Assembly: GCA_030672305.1 (NCBI GenBank)
Contig: DAOVGR010000050.1
Coordinates: forward strand, 32,302 to 96,301
Source of the DNA: Thermoplasmatales archaeon
GTDB taxonomy: Archaea; Thermoplasmatota; E2; DHVEG-1
Length of the DNA stretch: 64,000 nt
Direction: 5' to 3'
The notes beneath the pieces are model-generated. The model worked only from the letters and a program-made list of their open reading frames with translations. It did no database searches and had not been told where the DNA came from. This document shows positions 28,381 to 39,018 of the stretch, in pieces (within the stretch, counting starts at the first letter, position 1; every line of letters starts with the position of its first letter). Both the position numbers and the translations under genes were made by a program.

Positions 28381-30465
28381 ATGAAGAGAGTAATTATTTC
28401 ATTATTCACCATAATCTTATTGATAAATACAATAAGCCAAGTAACAAGTCAGAAAATAGAAAATAACCCCCTGCCATCATATAAAAATATAATATATGTG
28501 GACGACGACAATATTTATGGCCCATGGAACGGGACACAAGAACATCCCTATAGGTACATAAAAGATGGAATATTGAATTCAACAAATGGAGATTTAGTTT
28601 TCGTTTATAACGGAATTTACAATGAAATAATAAAAATAAATAGGTCTATAAGTTTGCAAGGAGAAAATAAAAGCTTAACTATAATCGATGGATTTTACAA
28701 TCAAGAAATAATTAATTTAGCCGAAGACAACATAAAGCTGATAAATTTTACAATCAGAAATTCAGGTGGTTATCCATATAATTCTGCAATAAAGATAAAT
28801 TCTAATAATTCCTTAATACAAAAATGTGAAATTTATAGAGCCAAAGTAGGGATTTTATTAAATAATGTAATTAACAATATAATAGATAATTGTACATTTC
28901 ATACAAACGGGCAAGGAATCCTATTTAATTCATCTGAGAGTAATATTATCACAGGTTGTGTTCTTTCGCATAATTCAATAGGTTTACATTTTGAAAAATC
29001 AAATTTCAACAATATTAGTTACTGCTATACCTATGAAAATGGTATATCATGCTATATTAATGATTCAAAAGAAATCGATATTTTTCATTGCAATATAAGT
29101 GATAATTCTGTTAATCTGGGAGGTATTTTCATTGAGAATTCTTTTAACATTACCATTGATAATTCAATATTTGGACATAACGGTGCAGGTATTAGTTTAT
29201 CATCTTCAAATGAAATTTCAATTATCAATTGCGATATTATTCAAAATACTCATTTTGCAATATCTATGCGTAAACCATCAATAAACATAGTTGTGGATAG
29301 TTGTGAGATAGTAAATAATTTTAGATACGGAATTTACATTGAAAAATTAAATTCATGTACAATTACAAATAATAACATCTATAACAATAAACTATTTGGA
29401 ATTTACTCAAGATTTACGAGATGTAGAGCACGATTAAACTGGTGGGGTTCATTACTTGGTCCAACATATATTGAAAGTATTTTTAGGGGGAGAATAACTG
29501 TTTTTTTAGGGAGAATAAGATGTTTTCCTTGGAATATTAAACCAATAAAAAATATTGGTGCGAATTGGAAAGAAAATGATCCTTACCTAACAAGAATAGA
29601 GCTATATAATCAGAATAATATTTTTAATTTTACGGGGAAAGATGTTGATGATGACGGATTGCCCGATTGGTGGGAGGAAAAATGGGGATATAGTCCATTT
29701 ATTTGGAATGAGCATGCACATCTTGATCCGGATAATGATGCATTAAATAATTTCGAAGAATGCTATACTGATAAGTATGGTTCAGATCCTTTCTATCAAG
29801 ATATATTTCTTGAGATAGACTGGATGGAATCAAACCATCTGGATATATCAAACAAACCATCTGAAAATCTTATAGAAGAAATAGTTACAATTTTTGAGCA
29901 ACATAGTATTGCTTTACATGTTGATATTGGTAATTTGGAGGGAGGTGAAGAAATTCCAATTTGTAACTCAGCATTTTCATATTCAAAATTACAGGATCTC
30001 TATTGGAAATACTTTCTGCAAAACGATTTAAACAATCCTCGCAAAGGAATATTTCACTATGGAATAATTTGTAATTATTGTCCTGATCTAAATTTTCCAT
30101 TTTTTGGATGGGATCATTTTGATTCATTCGCAATATCGGCAAAATGGTTAAAGGATTTAAATCCACTCACTAGTATAGACAATCTAATCGGTGGAGCACT
30201 TGTTCATCATCTTGGCCATACATTAGGATTAATTGCAGATAAATATGGAGGAATTGATAATACTGGATCTTCCCGTATATTTACAATACAATGGCTTAAA
30301 TATAGAAACTATGAAAGCTGTATGAACTATCGTTATAAATACAAAAAATTTTCATTTTCAGATGGTACTAATGGTCGCGGTGACTTTAACGACTGGGACA
30401 ATCTTGATTTTTCATTTTTTAAAGATACGAACTTTCAATATAGAAAGTTTTTAGATTTTCCATAA
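28381..30465 (+). CDS. Secreted right-handed beta-helix (NosD/CASH) protein with Ca-binding DxDxDG repeats and metzincin-like C-terminal domain with degenerate site (HHLGH)
   Basis: Signal peptide, IYVDDD, Asn-rich repeats, DVDDDGLPDWWE, HHLGHTLGL, SCMNY. Confidence 0.75.
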   Translation: MKRVIISLFTIILLINTISQVTSQKIENNPLPSYKNIIYVDDDNIYGPWNGTQEHPYRYIKDGILNSTNGDLVFVYNGIYNEIIKINRSISLQGENKSLTIIDGFYNQEIINLAEDNIKLINFTIRNSGGYPYNSAIKINSNNSLIQKCEIYRAKVGILLNNVINNIIDNCTFHTNGQGILFNSSESNIITGCVLSHNSIGLHFEKSNFNNISYCYTYENGISCYINDSKEIDIFHCNISDNSVNLGGIFIENSFNITIDNSIFGHNGAGISLSSSNEISIINCDIIQNTHFAISMRKPSINIVVDSCEIVNNFRYGIYIEKLNSCTITNNNIYNNKLFGIYSRFTRCRARLNWWGSLLGPTYIESIFRGRITVFLGRIRCFPWNIKPIKNIGANWKENDPYLTRIELYNQNNIFNFTGKDVDDDGLPDWWEEKWGYSPFIWNEHAHLDPDNDALNNFEECYTDKYGSDPFYQDIFLEIDWMESNHLDISNKPSENLIEEIVTIFEQHSIALHVDIGNLEGGEEIPICNSAFSYSKLQDLYWKYFLQNDLNNPRKGIFHYGIICNYCPDLNFPFFGWDHFDSFAISAKWLKDLNPLTSIDNLIGGALVHHLGHTLGLIADKYGGIDNTGSSRIFTIQWLKYRNYESCMNYRYKYKKFSFSDGTNGRGDFNDWDNLDFSFFKDTNFQYRKFLDFP

Positions 30466-30521
30466 TTATATATAGATAAAATTATATATTGATAGGATTA
30501 ACATAAATTGGAGGAAATAAT

Positions 30522-32597
30522 CTGAATAAAAAATATCTTTGTGTATTTATTTTGATTATGCTCTTACCAACAACTTTAAGTCAATCAATAACGCCAAGTG
30601 AAATAATTATTTCTGCTAAAAATTCAAAAATTATATATGTTGATGATGACAACATAAATGGACCATGGAACGGGACGAGTGAGCATCCTTATAAAACAAT
30701 AAATGATGGAATTTTTAATGCATCAGAAGGAGATACAATATATGTTTTTAATGGGACGTATTTTGAGAATGTAACAATTGAAAAAAGATTAAATTTAATT
30801 GGTGAAAATAAAAACCTAACAATAGTTGATGGACAATATCAAAATTATGTGATTAATGTTATTGAAGATAGTGTTATTATTGAAAATTTTACCATCAGAA
30901 ATTCTGGAGGTTACAAAGAAAATGCTGGAATAAAACTTGATTCAAATAATAACACAATTAAAGAATGTAAATTTTATAGAACAAAGTCTGGAGTCTATAT
31001 ACATAATAGTAATAACAATCAAATCAAAGACTGCACATTTCACACAAATGGTGAAGGTATTTACATCAAATCATCAAATAATTGTAAAGTAGATGAGAGC
31101 AGCTTATACCACAATGGAATAAGTGTAAATATTCAAGATTCTTATGAAATTGAAATCAAAAATTCCTATGAACACACAAGTGGTTATGGTTTTTTAATTA
31201 ATAATTCATCAAATATTAATATGTCAAATTGTGCAGTTTATGATAACAACGATAATGGAGGTGGACTACTAATTACAAATAATAAGGATATCTGCATCTT
31301 CAACTGTAATATTGTTCATAATGGTCATGGTCTAAATCTTTATGACTGTACAAATATCGAGGTTTTAAATTCAGATTTTATTTGGAATACACATTTAGCA
31401 ATTAGGATCGGGAAAAATACATGTAATTTAAAAATAGAAAATTGTGAAATTACCAACGGTTTTAGATATGGAATTACTGCTGAAAAAAGTAGGTTTAAAC
31501 TTAGAAATAATAACATGCATGCAAATCTTTTTGGAATAAATATTAAGAAATCATTATGTGATGCTAGAAAAAACTGGTGGGGTTCAAGCTTAGGACCGGC
31601 ATTATTACATAGGAAAGAAAAAGATAGAATGTATTTTAAACTAGGATTTATCAGATTTTTCCCATGGCTAATACGTAAAAATGAAAATGCAGGATCAAAC
31701 TGGGAAATAGACTTTGATAAGTATAAAAATGAAATCAATTTGTATCGATTTAAACAAATTGAGCTATCTGGAAATGATAGTGATAATGATCTTGTACCAG
31801 ATTGGTGGGAGGAAAAATGGGGATATAACCCATTGATTTGGGATGACCATATTAACCTAGATCCTGATTTTGATGGATTAAATAATATCGAAGAATGTTA
31901 TACTGATAAGTGGAACTCTAGCCCAATTAAAAGAGATATCTTTATTGAATATGATTGGATTGAGTCCGTCACTTCAAATAAATCAGCAAATAAACCCACA
32001 AAGGAAAATTCTAATCAATTGATTGAGGTTTTTTCTGACCATGATATAACCCTTCATCTTGACAATGGAAGTCTAGGCGGTGGGGAGATGATTCCATTTA
32101 TTTCTGATTTTTCAATGTCTGATTTACGCGATATGTATTGGGATTATTTCCTTCATAATGATTTGAATAATCCAAGAAAGGGAATTTTTCATTGGTGTCT
32201 GGTAAGCGATTATGGCCCATATCCTGGTCTTCCGGGGTTTGCAGTTGTAGGTTGGGATCATCTTGACAGTTTTGAGATATCAGCACAGAGAATGAAAGAA
32301 GGACATCCTTTTAAAAGTAAAGGTTACATAATAGCAAGCATAACTATGCATGAACTAGGTCACAATCTTGGTTTATTTGTTGATGATCATATAGGAATTG
32401 ATAATGATATATCAACTATACCTTTTTTATTGGAGCTCTTAAAAATTAAACGTTACAAAAGCTGTATGAATTATTTGTATACTTATTGGATACTTGATTA
32501 CTCTGATGGTTCACATGCTATAAATGATTTTGATGATTGGGGAAACATCGATCTTTCATTTTTTAAAAACACTCATTTTGAATGGCCAAAAAATTAG
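30522..32597 (+). CDS. Paralogous secreted beta-helix protein with zinc-metallopeptidase-like C-terminal domain (HELGH); proposed CTG start 30522 (ORF track gives 30552)
   Basis: Same architecture as the upstream gene; HELGHNLGL and SCMNY; GGAGG 30510-30514 then in-frame CTG gives MNKKYL signal n-region. Confidence 0.75.
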   Translation: MNKKYLCVFILIMLLPTTLSQSITPSEIIISAKNSKIIYVDDDNINGPWNGTSEHPYKTINDGIFNASEGDTIYVFNGTYFENVTIEKRLNLIGENKNLTIVDGQYQNYVINVIEDSVIIENFTIRNSGGYKENAGIKLDSNNNTIKECKFYRTKSGVYIHNSNNNQIKDCTFHTNGEGIYIKSSNNCKVDESSLYHNGISVNIQDSYEIEIKNSYEHTSGYGFLINNSSNINMSNCAVYDNNDNGGGLLITNNKDICIFNCNIVHNGHGLNLYDCTNIEVLNSDFIWNTHLAIRIGKNTCNLKIENCEITNGFRYGITAEKSRFKLRNNNMHANLFGINIKKSLCDARKNWWGSSLGPALLHRKEKDRMYFKLGFIRFFPWLIRKNENAGSNWEIDFDKYKNEINLYRFKQIELSGNDSDNDLVPDWWEEKWGYNPLIWDDHINLDPDFDGLNNIEECYTDKWNSSPIKRDIFIEYDWIESVTSNKSANKPTKENSNQLIEVFSDHDITLHLDNGSLGGGEMIPFISDFSMSDLRDMYWDYFLHNDLNNPRKGIFHWCLVSDYGPYPGLPGFAVVGWDHLDSFEISAQRMKEGHPFKSKGYIIASITMHELGHNLGLFVDDHIGIDNDISTIPFLLELLKIKRYKSCMNYLYTYWILDYSDGSHAINDFDDWGNIDLSFFKNTHFEWPKN

Positions 32598-33718
32598 TCT
32601 TCCTTCCATTTTGTAAGAGCAAGCCCTATTATGAAAAATATCGCTGCAAAAATTAAAACAAAAATGGTATTAATAGTTGCATCTGCCGTTTCAAGTTTTA
32701 TCATACTATCACGCAAACCTTCATTTACGTAATACAATGGAAGAACTCTTGCAACTAATTGCAGGAACTCTGGCATCATATCCAATTCAAAAAATGTTCC
32801 AGCAAGAAACATCATTGGAAAAGTAACAGCTCCACCTGCCATGCCAGCAGATTCTTCATCTTTTACAAAACGACCAATCATCATCCCAAGGCCTGTGAAA
32901 AGAAAGCTTGTTGCAATTATGATTACTATCATCAATGCAGTAACATGTACATGAAGTCCATAAATTAAGACACCAACAGCAATAATAATCACAGTTGAAA
33001 GAAAAGATAAAAAGAGCTGAAAGAGCATTTTTGAAATAATCCATTCGGATCTTGTAATTGGTGTAGTCAATAATTTTCTAAGGATTCCATCTTTTCGATA
33101 TTTTGTATTTCTCTCAAGGCTTCCATAAATACACGTCTGCATTATTGTAAAACCAATCATACCTGGAATAAAAAAATCAATATATGAAAATTCTCCACTA
33201 ATTGTCGTAACATCCTGAAGACCAATAATTTCTCTACCACCAGAAACATTCATATTTGTGTTTATAACAAAATATGATATTATATCCCTGATCTGTTGAT
33301 TAGTGGTTTGTTCGCTTTGATCAAAATAGAACATTAAATTTGAAGTTTCAGTCGAATTAGGGTTTTGTTGGGACATAATTATTGCTTCACTAAAATCTTC
33401 AGGAATTACAAGTACCCTTTTAATGTCATTTTCATCCATATACGATTTAATATCTTCGTCTTTTGGTACATTTTTAATATTTATATAACCAGTAGATTCC
33501 AGTCCTTGGAGAAAACCTTCAGTTATACCAAATTCATCATCTTCATCTAAATTTTGGACATAAAGATCAAACTCTACCTCACCTATGCCAGAAAAGATTG
33601 CGCCAAAAATTAAAATAAGCATTACAGGAAAAGCAAGAGTCCAAAACAGTGTAGCTCTGCTACGAAAGAATGATTTCAAATCGGTTTTAAAGCCTGCGAT
33701 TAAAATTTCTGGTCTCAT
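32594..33718 (-). CDS. ABC-2 type exporter permease
   Basis: One N-terminal TM, extracellular domain, YIDFFIPG, FLAGTFF, five C-terminal TMs. Confidence 0.92.
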   Translation of the reverse strand: MRPEILIAGFKTDLKSFFRSRATLFWTLAFPVMLILIFGAIFSGIGEVEFDLYVQNLDEDDEFGITEGFLQGLESTGYINIKNVPKDEDIKSYMDENDIKRVLVIPEDFSEAIIMSQQNPNSTETSNLMFYFDQSEQTTNQQIRDIISYFVINTNMNVSGGREIIGLQDVTTISGEFSYIDFFIPGMIGFTIMQTCIYGSLERNTKYRKDGILRKLLTTPITRSEWIISKMLFQLFLSFLSTVIIIAVGVLIYGLHVHVTALMIVIIIATSFLFTGLGMMIGRFVKDEESAGMAGGAVTFPMMFLAGTFFELDMMPEFLQLVARVLPLYYVNEGLRDSMIKLETADATINTIFVLIFAAIFFIIGLALTKWKED

Positions 33719-34803
33719 TAGGATTCCTCCATCAGTTTAGAGCCAGTCAGATGTAAGAAAACCTCCTCAAGATTTGACCTGCGTATATCAATACTATCAT
33801 ACTCAGCGCATTCATGTCTAAGAATTGATAAAACCTCAAGAACTCGGTCCTTATTATCGATTTTTATTTGGATATCTCCATTTTGTCCCACACTTGCATT
33901 ATATTCTCTTTCATTTAATATGTCAACTACATCTTTTGTTGTGCAGTTCTTTATATGAAGAATGTTTTCTTTACCATACTTATTAATTAATTCAGCAAGT
34001 GACCCCTCAGCAATAATATTTCCCTTATGAATAATTGCAATATGATCTGCTAAATACTCTGCTTCTTCCATATAGTGAGTCGTTAAAAAAACTGTTTTTC
34101 CTTTATTGCGTAGACTTGCAATTACATCCCATACCTCTCTTCTTGCTTTTGGATCAAGACCTGTTGTTGGTTCATCAAGAAAAACAATTTCAGGATCATT
34201 AACCAGTGCAATTGCAACTCCTACACGTTGTTTCAAACCACCTGATAAATTCATATAGAGTTTATTTTCTTGATCCTTAAGGTCCATAGAACCAATAATT
34301 CCATCAATATTTGCTCTTTTTTTGTAAAGTTTGGAAAAAAATTCTAAAGTTTCTCTTACAGTAATTCTCTCAAAAGAATGGTACTCTTGCGGAAGTATTC
34401 CGATTTTTTCCTTTAATTTATCAAATGAGGAGCTAATATCTTCTCCAAGTAATTTTATAGATCCCGCTGTTGGTTGACGTATTGATTCAATCATTTCAAC
34501 AGTTGTCGTCTTTCCTGCGCCATTTGGACCCAAAAATGCAAATACTTCCCCTTTTTTAACAGAAAATGAAATAGAATTTACTGCAACAAGATCATCATAA
34601 ACTTTTTTAAGATTTATTGCTTCTATTGCTACATCATCCGATACAACAACTTTTTTAAAAGTGACCTTTCCTTTTTTTCCGCATTCAGGACAAGAAACAA
34701 GAGTAACTTCTCCAGGACTACCAACACTAGTAATAATATTACCACATTGCGGACATTTAACTTTTTTTTCAACCATAAATGTACCTTTTAATGAGCACCT
34801 CAA
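33718..34803 (-). CDS. ABC transporter ATP-binding protein with N-terminal zinc ribbon; likely start ATG 34776
   Basis: CPQCG..CPECG; GPNGAGKTT, LSGG, LDEPTTGLD. Confidence 0.93.
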   Translation of the reverse strand: MRCSLKGTFMVEKKVKCPQCGNIITSVGSPGEVTLVSCPECGKKGKVTFKKVVVSDDVAIEAINLKKVYDDLVAVNSISFSVKKGEVFAFLGPNGAGKTTTVEMIESIRQPTAGSIKLLGEDISSSFDKLKEKIGILPQEYHSFERITVRETLEFFSKLYKKRANIDGIIGSMDLKDQENKLYMNLSGGLKQRVGVAIALVNDPEIVFLDEPTTGLDPKARREVWDVIASLRNKGKTVFLTTHYMEEAEYLADHIAIIHKGNIIAEGSLAELINKYGKENILHIKNCTTKDVVDILNEREYNASVGQNGDIQIKIDNKDRVLEVLSILRHECAEYDSIDIRRSNLEEVFLHLTGSKLMEES

Positions 34804-34824
34804 TATAAAAAGTGGTATTTATCT

Positions 34825-35532
34825 TTAAGGATTAAGTAATTGTTTATCTATTAAATTCAAATTTTGATTAAAATTATATATAATTGGAATTCCAGTGGGA
34901 ATTTCAACATTTGGTATTTCTTTTTCTGATATATTTTCTACATGCATAGTTATAGCTCGAAGACTATTACCATGAGCTGAAACAAGAACTGTTTTATCTT
35001 CTTTTAAATCCTTAAGGATATGTTTTTTGAAATAAGGAATTGCACGTTCACAAGTATTTTTTAAACTTTCACCGCCAGGTGGATTTACATCATAGCTACG
35101 CCGCCAAAGATGGACCTGCTCATTTCCATATTTTTCTCTTGTTTTTTGTTTATTTAATCCCTGAAGATCCCCATAATATCTCTCTGCTAAATCTACAGAC
35201 ATATAAATTGGAATTTCATTAGTAGGATCACCCGAATGATGCTCCCAATCGTGTATTTTTTTATCTTCGTGAAAAATAATAGGAGTGCGTTCATCATTAG
35301 AATTAATTAAAATATAATGAAGGGTTTGAATTGCCCGTAACATATGTGAAATATATACAGAATCAAACTTAACATCTTTTAGTTTCTCACCTGCAGAAAT
35401 TGCTTCTTCAATACCTTTTTTGGATAAAGGAACATCTATCCATCCTGTAAAACGATTTTCCAAATTCCATTGAGATTGTCCATGTCTTACCAATATTAAT
35501 TTAGACATAACACCAACTCCGCTATATGTCAT
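34825..35532 (-). CDS. gpmA: 2,3-bisphosphoglycerate-dependent phosphoglycerate mutase; likely start ATG 35508
   Basis: LVRHGQSQWN..NRFTGW.D, ERYYGDLQG, WRRSYD, AHGNSLR. Confidence 0.94.
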   Translation of the reverse strand: MTYSGVGVMSKLILVRHGQSQWNLENRFTGWIDVPLSKKGIEEAISAGEKLKDVKFDSVYISHMLRAIQTLHYILINSNDERTPIIFHEDKKIHDWEHHSGDPTNEIPIYMSVDLAERYYGDLQGLNKQKTREKYGNEQVHLWRRSYDVNPPGGESLKNTCERAIPYFKKHILKDLKEDKTVLVSAHGNSLRAITMHVENISEKEIPNVEIPTGIPIIYNFNQNLNLIDKQLLNP

Positions 35533-37030
35533 ATAGATTGTAATATTTATTTTTTAAATAATTAACAAAAACTTTTGCATTTAATCCTTCACCACATGCG
35601 TTTTTTATTATTTCATCAGCAGTCATCATCCGTCCATATTTATGAACATTTTCTCTAAGCCAAATAATGATATTTCTAAAATCTCCCTTTTCAATATTAG
35701 ATAAAATACTTGGATTTTCATCTGTCAATTTTTTAAAAAGTTGAGATGAATAAATAGATCCAATAGCATAAGTTGGAAAATAACCAAAATTCCCACCGCT
35801 CCAATGCATATCTTGTAACACACCATCTTTGTCGTTCTTGGGAATAATTCCTAGTATCTCATCCATCTTATTATTCCATATCTCTGGTAATTCAGATACT
35901 TTTATCTTATCATCTATAAGAGAATTTTCAAGTTCAAAACGAAGAATTACATGTAAACAATATGTTAATTCATCTGCCTCTACTCTAATAAAAGAGGGTT
36001 TAACAGAATTAACATATCTATACCAAATATCAATATCCAAATCCTTAAGTTGATCTGGTGATTTTCTCTTAAAAATAGGATAAAAATAATTCCAAAAATG
36101 TTTGCTACGACAAATCATGTTTTCCCAAAAACGAGATTGCGATTCATGTAAGCCTAAAGAGGGGGAATCTGAAATTACAGTATATTTGAACTCATCTCTT
36201 GGCACTCCTAATTCATACAGGGCATGTCCTGCCTCATGAGCTGTTGAAAAAAACGAAAACAATGGATTTTTTCTTTCATAATTTGTTGTAATTCTAACAT
36301 CATTATAGCCCATAGAGGTAGTAAAAGGATGTGTAGACATATCTATTCGAGATTTATCTTTTGGTAGGAGCATAGTTTCAATAACAATATTACAGATTTC
36401 TCTTTGTTTTTCAATGGGAAATTTCAAATCTATTTCATGTTGTTTTTTAAAAAGCCTGCTTGTTTTAATTTTCTCAAGAATATCGATAATTTGGGTTTTA
36501 AGATATTTAAATTCCTTTTTTAATTTATCAACAGTCATACCCTCCTCATAATCATCAACAAGAGTGTTATATCTTGGACCTGGAAGATTAATATAACCGC
36601 AATATTCTTTCTCAAGTTCAACTATTTTTTCAAGGTAAGGAATAAATATTTTAAAATTACTCTTCTCCCTTGCTTCTTGCCATGCCGGATATGCAAGAGT
36701 TGTCGTCTTTACCATCCTTTCAACAAAACTGGACGGTATCATCCTTGCCTTTTCAACATCCTTTTTTAGTCTAGTTACAACTGCTTTATCTTTGGGGGGT
36801 AAATTTTCGAAATTTTTTGATTTCGATAAATTTTCAATGTGTTTCCAAAGCTTATCCGAAATAACCTTTTCGTGAGAAAGTCTTGAAATAAGAGCAGTTT
36901 GCTCGGATCTATCCGATGCACCCATTGGCGGCATATAAGTCATTTGATCCCATCCCAAAAGTGCAGCAATACCGCCAAAAGTGGATAGCTCTTTTTGTTC
37001 TTTATAGATAAAATCTAAGGGTTCTTTCAT
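35522..37030 (-). CDS. Carboxypeptidase M32 (Taq-type)
   Basis: HPF, HEAGHALYE, LHESQSRFWE, IRVEADE, LQDMHW. Confidence 0.96.
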   Translation of the reverse strand: MKEPLDFIYKEQKELSTFGGIAALLGWDQMTYMPPMGASDRSEQTALISRLSHEKVISDKLWKHIENLSKSKNFENLPPKDKAVVTRLKKDVEKARMIPSSFVERMVKTTTLAYPAWQEAREKSNFKIFIPYLEKIVELEKEYCGYINLPGPRYNTLVDDYEEGMTVDKLKKEFKYLKTQIIDILEKIKTSRLFKKQHEIDLKFPIEKQREICNIVIETMLLPKDKSRIDMSTHPFTTSMGYNDVRITTNYERKNPLFSFFSTAHEAGHALYELGVPRDEFKYTVISDSPSLGLHESQSRFWENMICRSKHFWNYFYPIFKRKSPDQLKDLDIDIWYRYVNSVKPSFIRVEADELTYCLHVILRFELENSLIDDKIKVSELPEIWNNKMDEILGIIPKNDKDGVLQDMHWSGGNFGYFPTYAIGSIYSSQLFKKLTDENPSILSNIEKGDFRNIIIWLRENVHKYGRMMTADEIIKNACGEGLNAKVFVNYLKNKYYNLYDI

Positions 37031-37044
37031 TTGCTCTCCTCAAT

Positions 37045-37830
37045 TTAGATGTCAATTTCAATTGGACAATGATCAGATCCCATAACATCTTGCATAATAA
37101 ATGCCTTTTTAAGATGCGGTAATAACTCCTTATTTACAAAGAAATAATCTATTCGCCAACCTACATTTCTTTCTCTAGCACGTGTTTTCATATCCCACCA
37201 GGTGTACTGATCTGGTTCTTTGTTAAAGTATCTAAACGTATCAATATATCCATGATCAATGAAGGTATCTATCCAAGCTCGTTCTATTGGCAAAAAACCC
37301 GAGATTTTTTCATTTTCTTTTGCTCTTGCAAGATCAATTTCTTTATGAGCTGTGTTAAAATCACCACATACCATTATGTTTTTGCCTTTCGTTTTTAGAT
37401 TATCAGCATATGCTAGAAACGTATCATAAAAATCTAATTTATAATTAAGCCTTTCCTGGTTTTTTTTACCATTTGGAAAATAGATATTAAACAAAATAAA
37501 AGAAGGAAATTCACAAATAAGGGTTCTACCCTCATTATCAAATTTATCTATTCCAAATCCCTTTTTAGAATCAATGGGTCGTTCTTTTGAAAATATTACC
37601 ACACCACTGTAGCCCTTTCTTTCAGCCGGATTCCAATAGACATTATATCCAGGCATGTTTCTCAGATAGGGAGGTACTTGTTCTGGTTGAGCCTTGATTT
37701 CTTGTAAACAAAGAATATCCGGAGATTCTTTTTTAAACCAATCATATAATCCTTTTTTTTCGGCTGCTCTAATACCATTAACATTCCATGATATTATTCT
37801 CATCGTAAATGGTATATTGAACAAGAACAT
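37045..37830 (-). CDS. xth: Exodeoxyribonuclease III / AP endonuclease; likely start ATG 37803
   Basis: [29 protein letters not shown]. Confidence 0.96.
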   Translation of the reverse strand: MFLFNIPFTMRIISWNVNGIRAAEKKGLYDWFKKESPDILCLQEIKAQPEQVPPYLRNMPGYNVYWNPAERKGYSGVVIFSKERPIDSKKGFGIDKFDNEGRTLICEFPSFILFNIYFPNGKKNQERLNYKLDFYDTFLAYADNLKTKGKNIMVCGDFNTAHKEIDLARAKENEKISGFLPIERAWIDTFIDHGYIDTFRYFNKEPDQYTWWDMKTRARERNVGWRIDYFFVNKELLPHLKKAFIMQDVMGSDHCPIEIDI

Positions 37831-37887
37831 AAGATTAATCTTTTATGGAAGTTACAGATATACAGCAGTAAAAAGATTGGTGATTTC

Positions 37888-38226
37888 ATGAAACATGTAC
37901 ATTATTCAGAAGTTGAATTAGAAGAACCAACTGAAGATGGAATAAAGGATATAAAAGTAAGATGGCTTATTTCAAAAAAAGATGGGGCAAAAAACTTTGC
38001 CATGCGTCTATTTGAGATAAAACCCAGCGGTTATACACCGCTGCATCAGCATGACTGGGAACATGAGGTATTTGTGCTAGAGGGAAAAGGTGTAACAAGA
38101 GAAAAAAACAATGAAAACTCCTTTAAACAAGGAGATGTATTTTTTGTTCCACCAATGGAATGGCATCAGTTTGTAAATACTAGCAATGATATGCTTAAGT
38201 TCTTATGCTTGATTCCCTATAAATAA
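37888..38226 (+). CDS. Cupin_2 domain protein
   Basis: HQHDWEHE and P..WH metal-binding cupin motifs. Confidence 0.9.
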   Translation: MKHVHYSEVELEEPTEDGIKDIKVRWLISKKDGAKNFAMRLFEIKPSGYTPLHQHDWEHEVFVLEGKGVTREKNNENSFKQGDVFFVPPMEWHQFVNTSNDMLKFLCLIPYK

Positions 38227-38271
38227 AGAAAAAATTTATTTTACAATAAGAGATTTGGTGAGGGAGATTTC

Positions 38272-39015
38272 ATGACTACACTTGGATATATTATCCTAAC
38301 TACATTTGGTATAGCACTTATTGCCTTCATCGGCATCTTTACTTTATCTTTAAAAGACAAAGTCTTGAACAAAATTTTATTGATTCTGGTAAGTCTCTCA
38401 GCTGGTGCATTAATGGGTGGTGCTTTTATTCATTTATTACCGGAATCAATTGAAAAAGGTGGAGATACAAATCCATTCATTTATGTTCTAATAGGTTTTA
38501 TTTTATTTTTTATAATAGAAAAAGTGTTGCATTGGCGACATTGCCATAAAGGAAAATGCGATGTTCATACATTTCATTACATGAACCTAATTGGTGACTC
38601 AATTCATAACTTCATTGATGGGCTAATAATTGCTGCCAGCTACATTGTATCAGTACCACTTGGACTAACTACAACAATTGCTATTGCTGCTCATGAAATC
38701 CCCCAGGAAATTGGTGATTTTGGAGTTCTAATATATGGAGGTTTTAATAAAAAGAAAGCTCTTGTTTTAAATTTCATTGTCGCTCTAACTATTGTTTTAG
38801 GTGGAGTTGTTGGATATTTTATATCTCAAAGTATAGAACAAGCAGTTGTCTTTTTAATACCATTTGCTGCAGGTGGTTTTATATATATTGCTGCTACAGA
38901 TTTAGTACCGGAAATAAAAAAGGAAACAAACGTTAAAAAATCTATGGCAACAATGTTAGTTTTTATTTGTGGGATATTACTTATGTGGTTGGTTAAGATA
39001 ATAGTCCACCATTAA
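38272..39015 (+). CDS. ZIP family metal transporter
   Basis: HNFIDG, HEIPQEIGDF, His-rich loop HWRHCH. Confidence 0.95.
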   Translation: MTTLGYIILTTFGIALIAFIGIFTLSLKDKVLNKILLILVSLSAGALMGGAFIHLLPESIEKGGDTNPFIYVLIGFILFFIIEKVLHWRHCHKGKCDVHTFHYMNLIGDSIHNFIDGLIIAASYIVSVPLGLTTTIAIAAHEIPQEIGDFGVLIYGGFNKKKALVLNFIVALTIVLGGVVGYFISQSIEQAVVFLIPFAAGGFIYIAATDLVPEIKKETNVKKSMATMLVFICGILLMWLVKIIVHH

Positions 39016-39018
39016 AAA

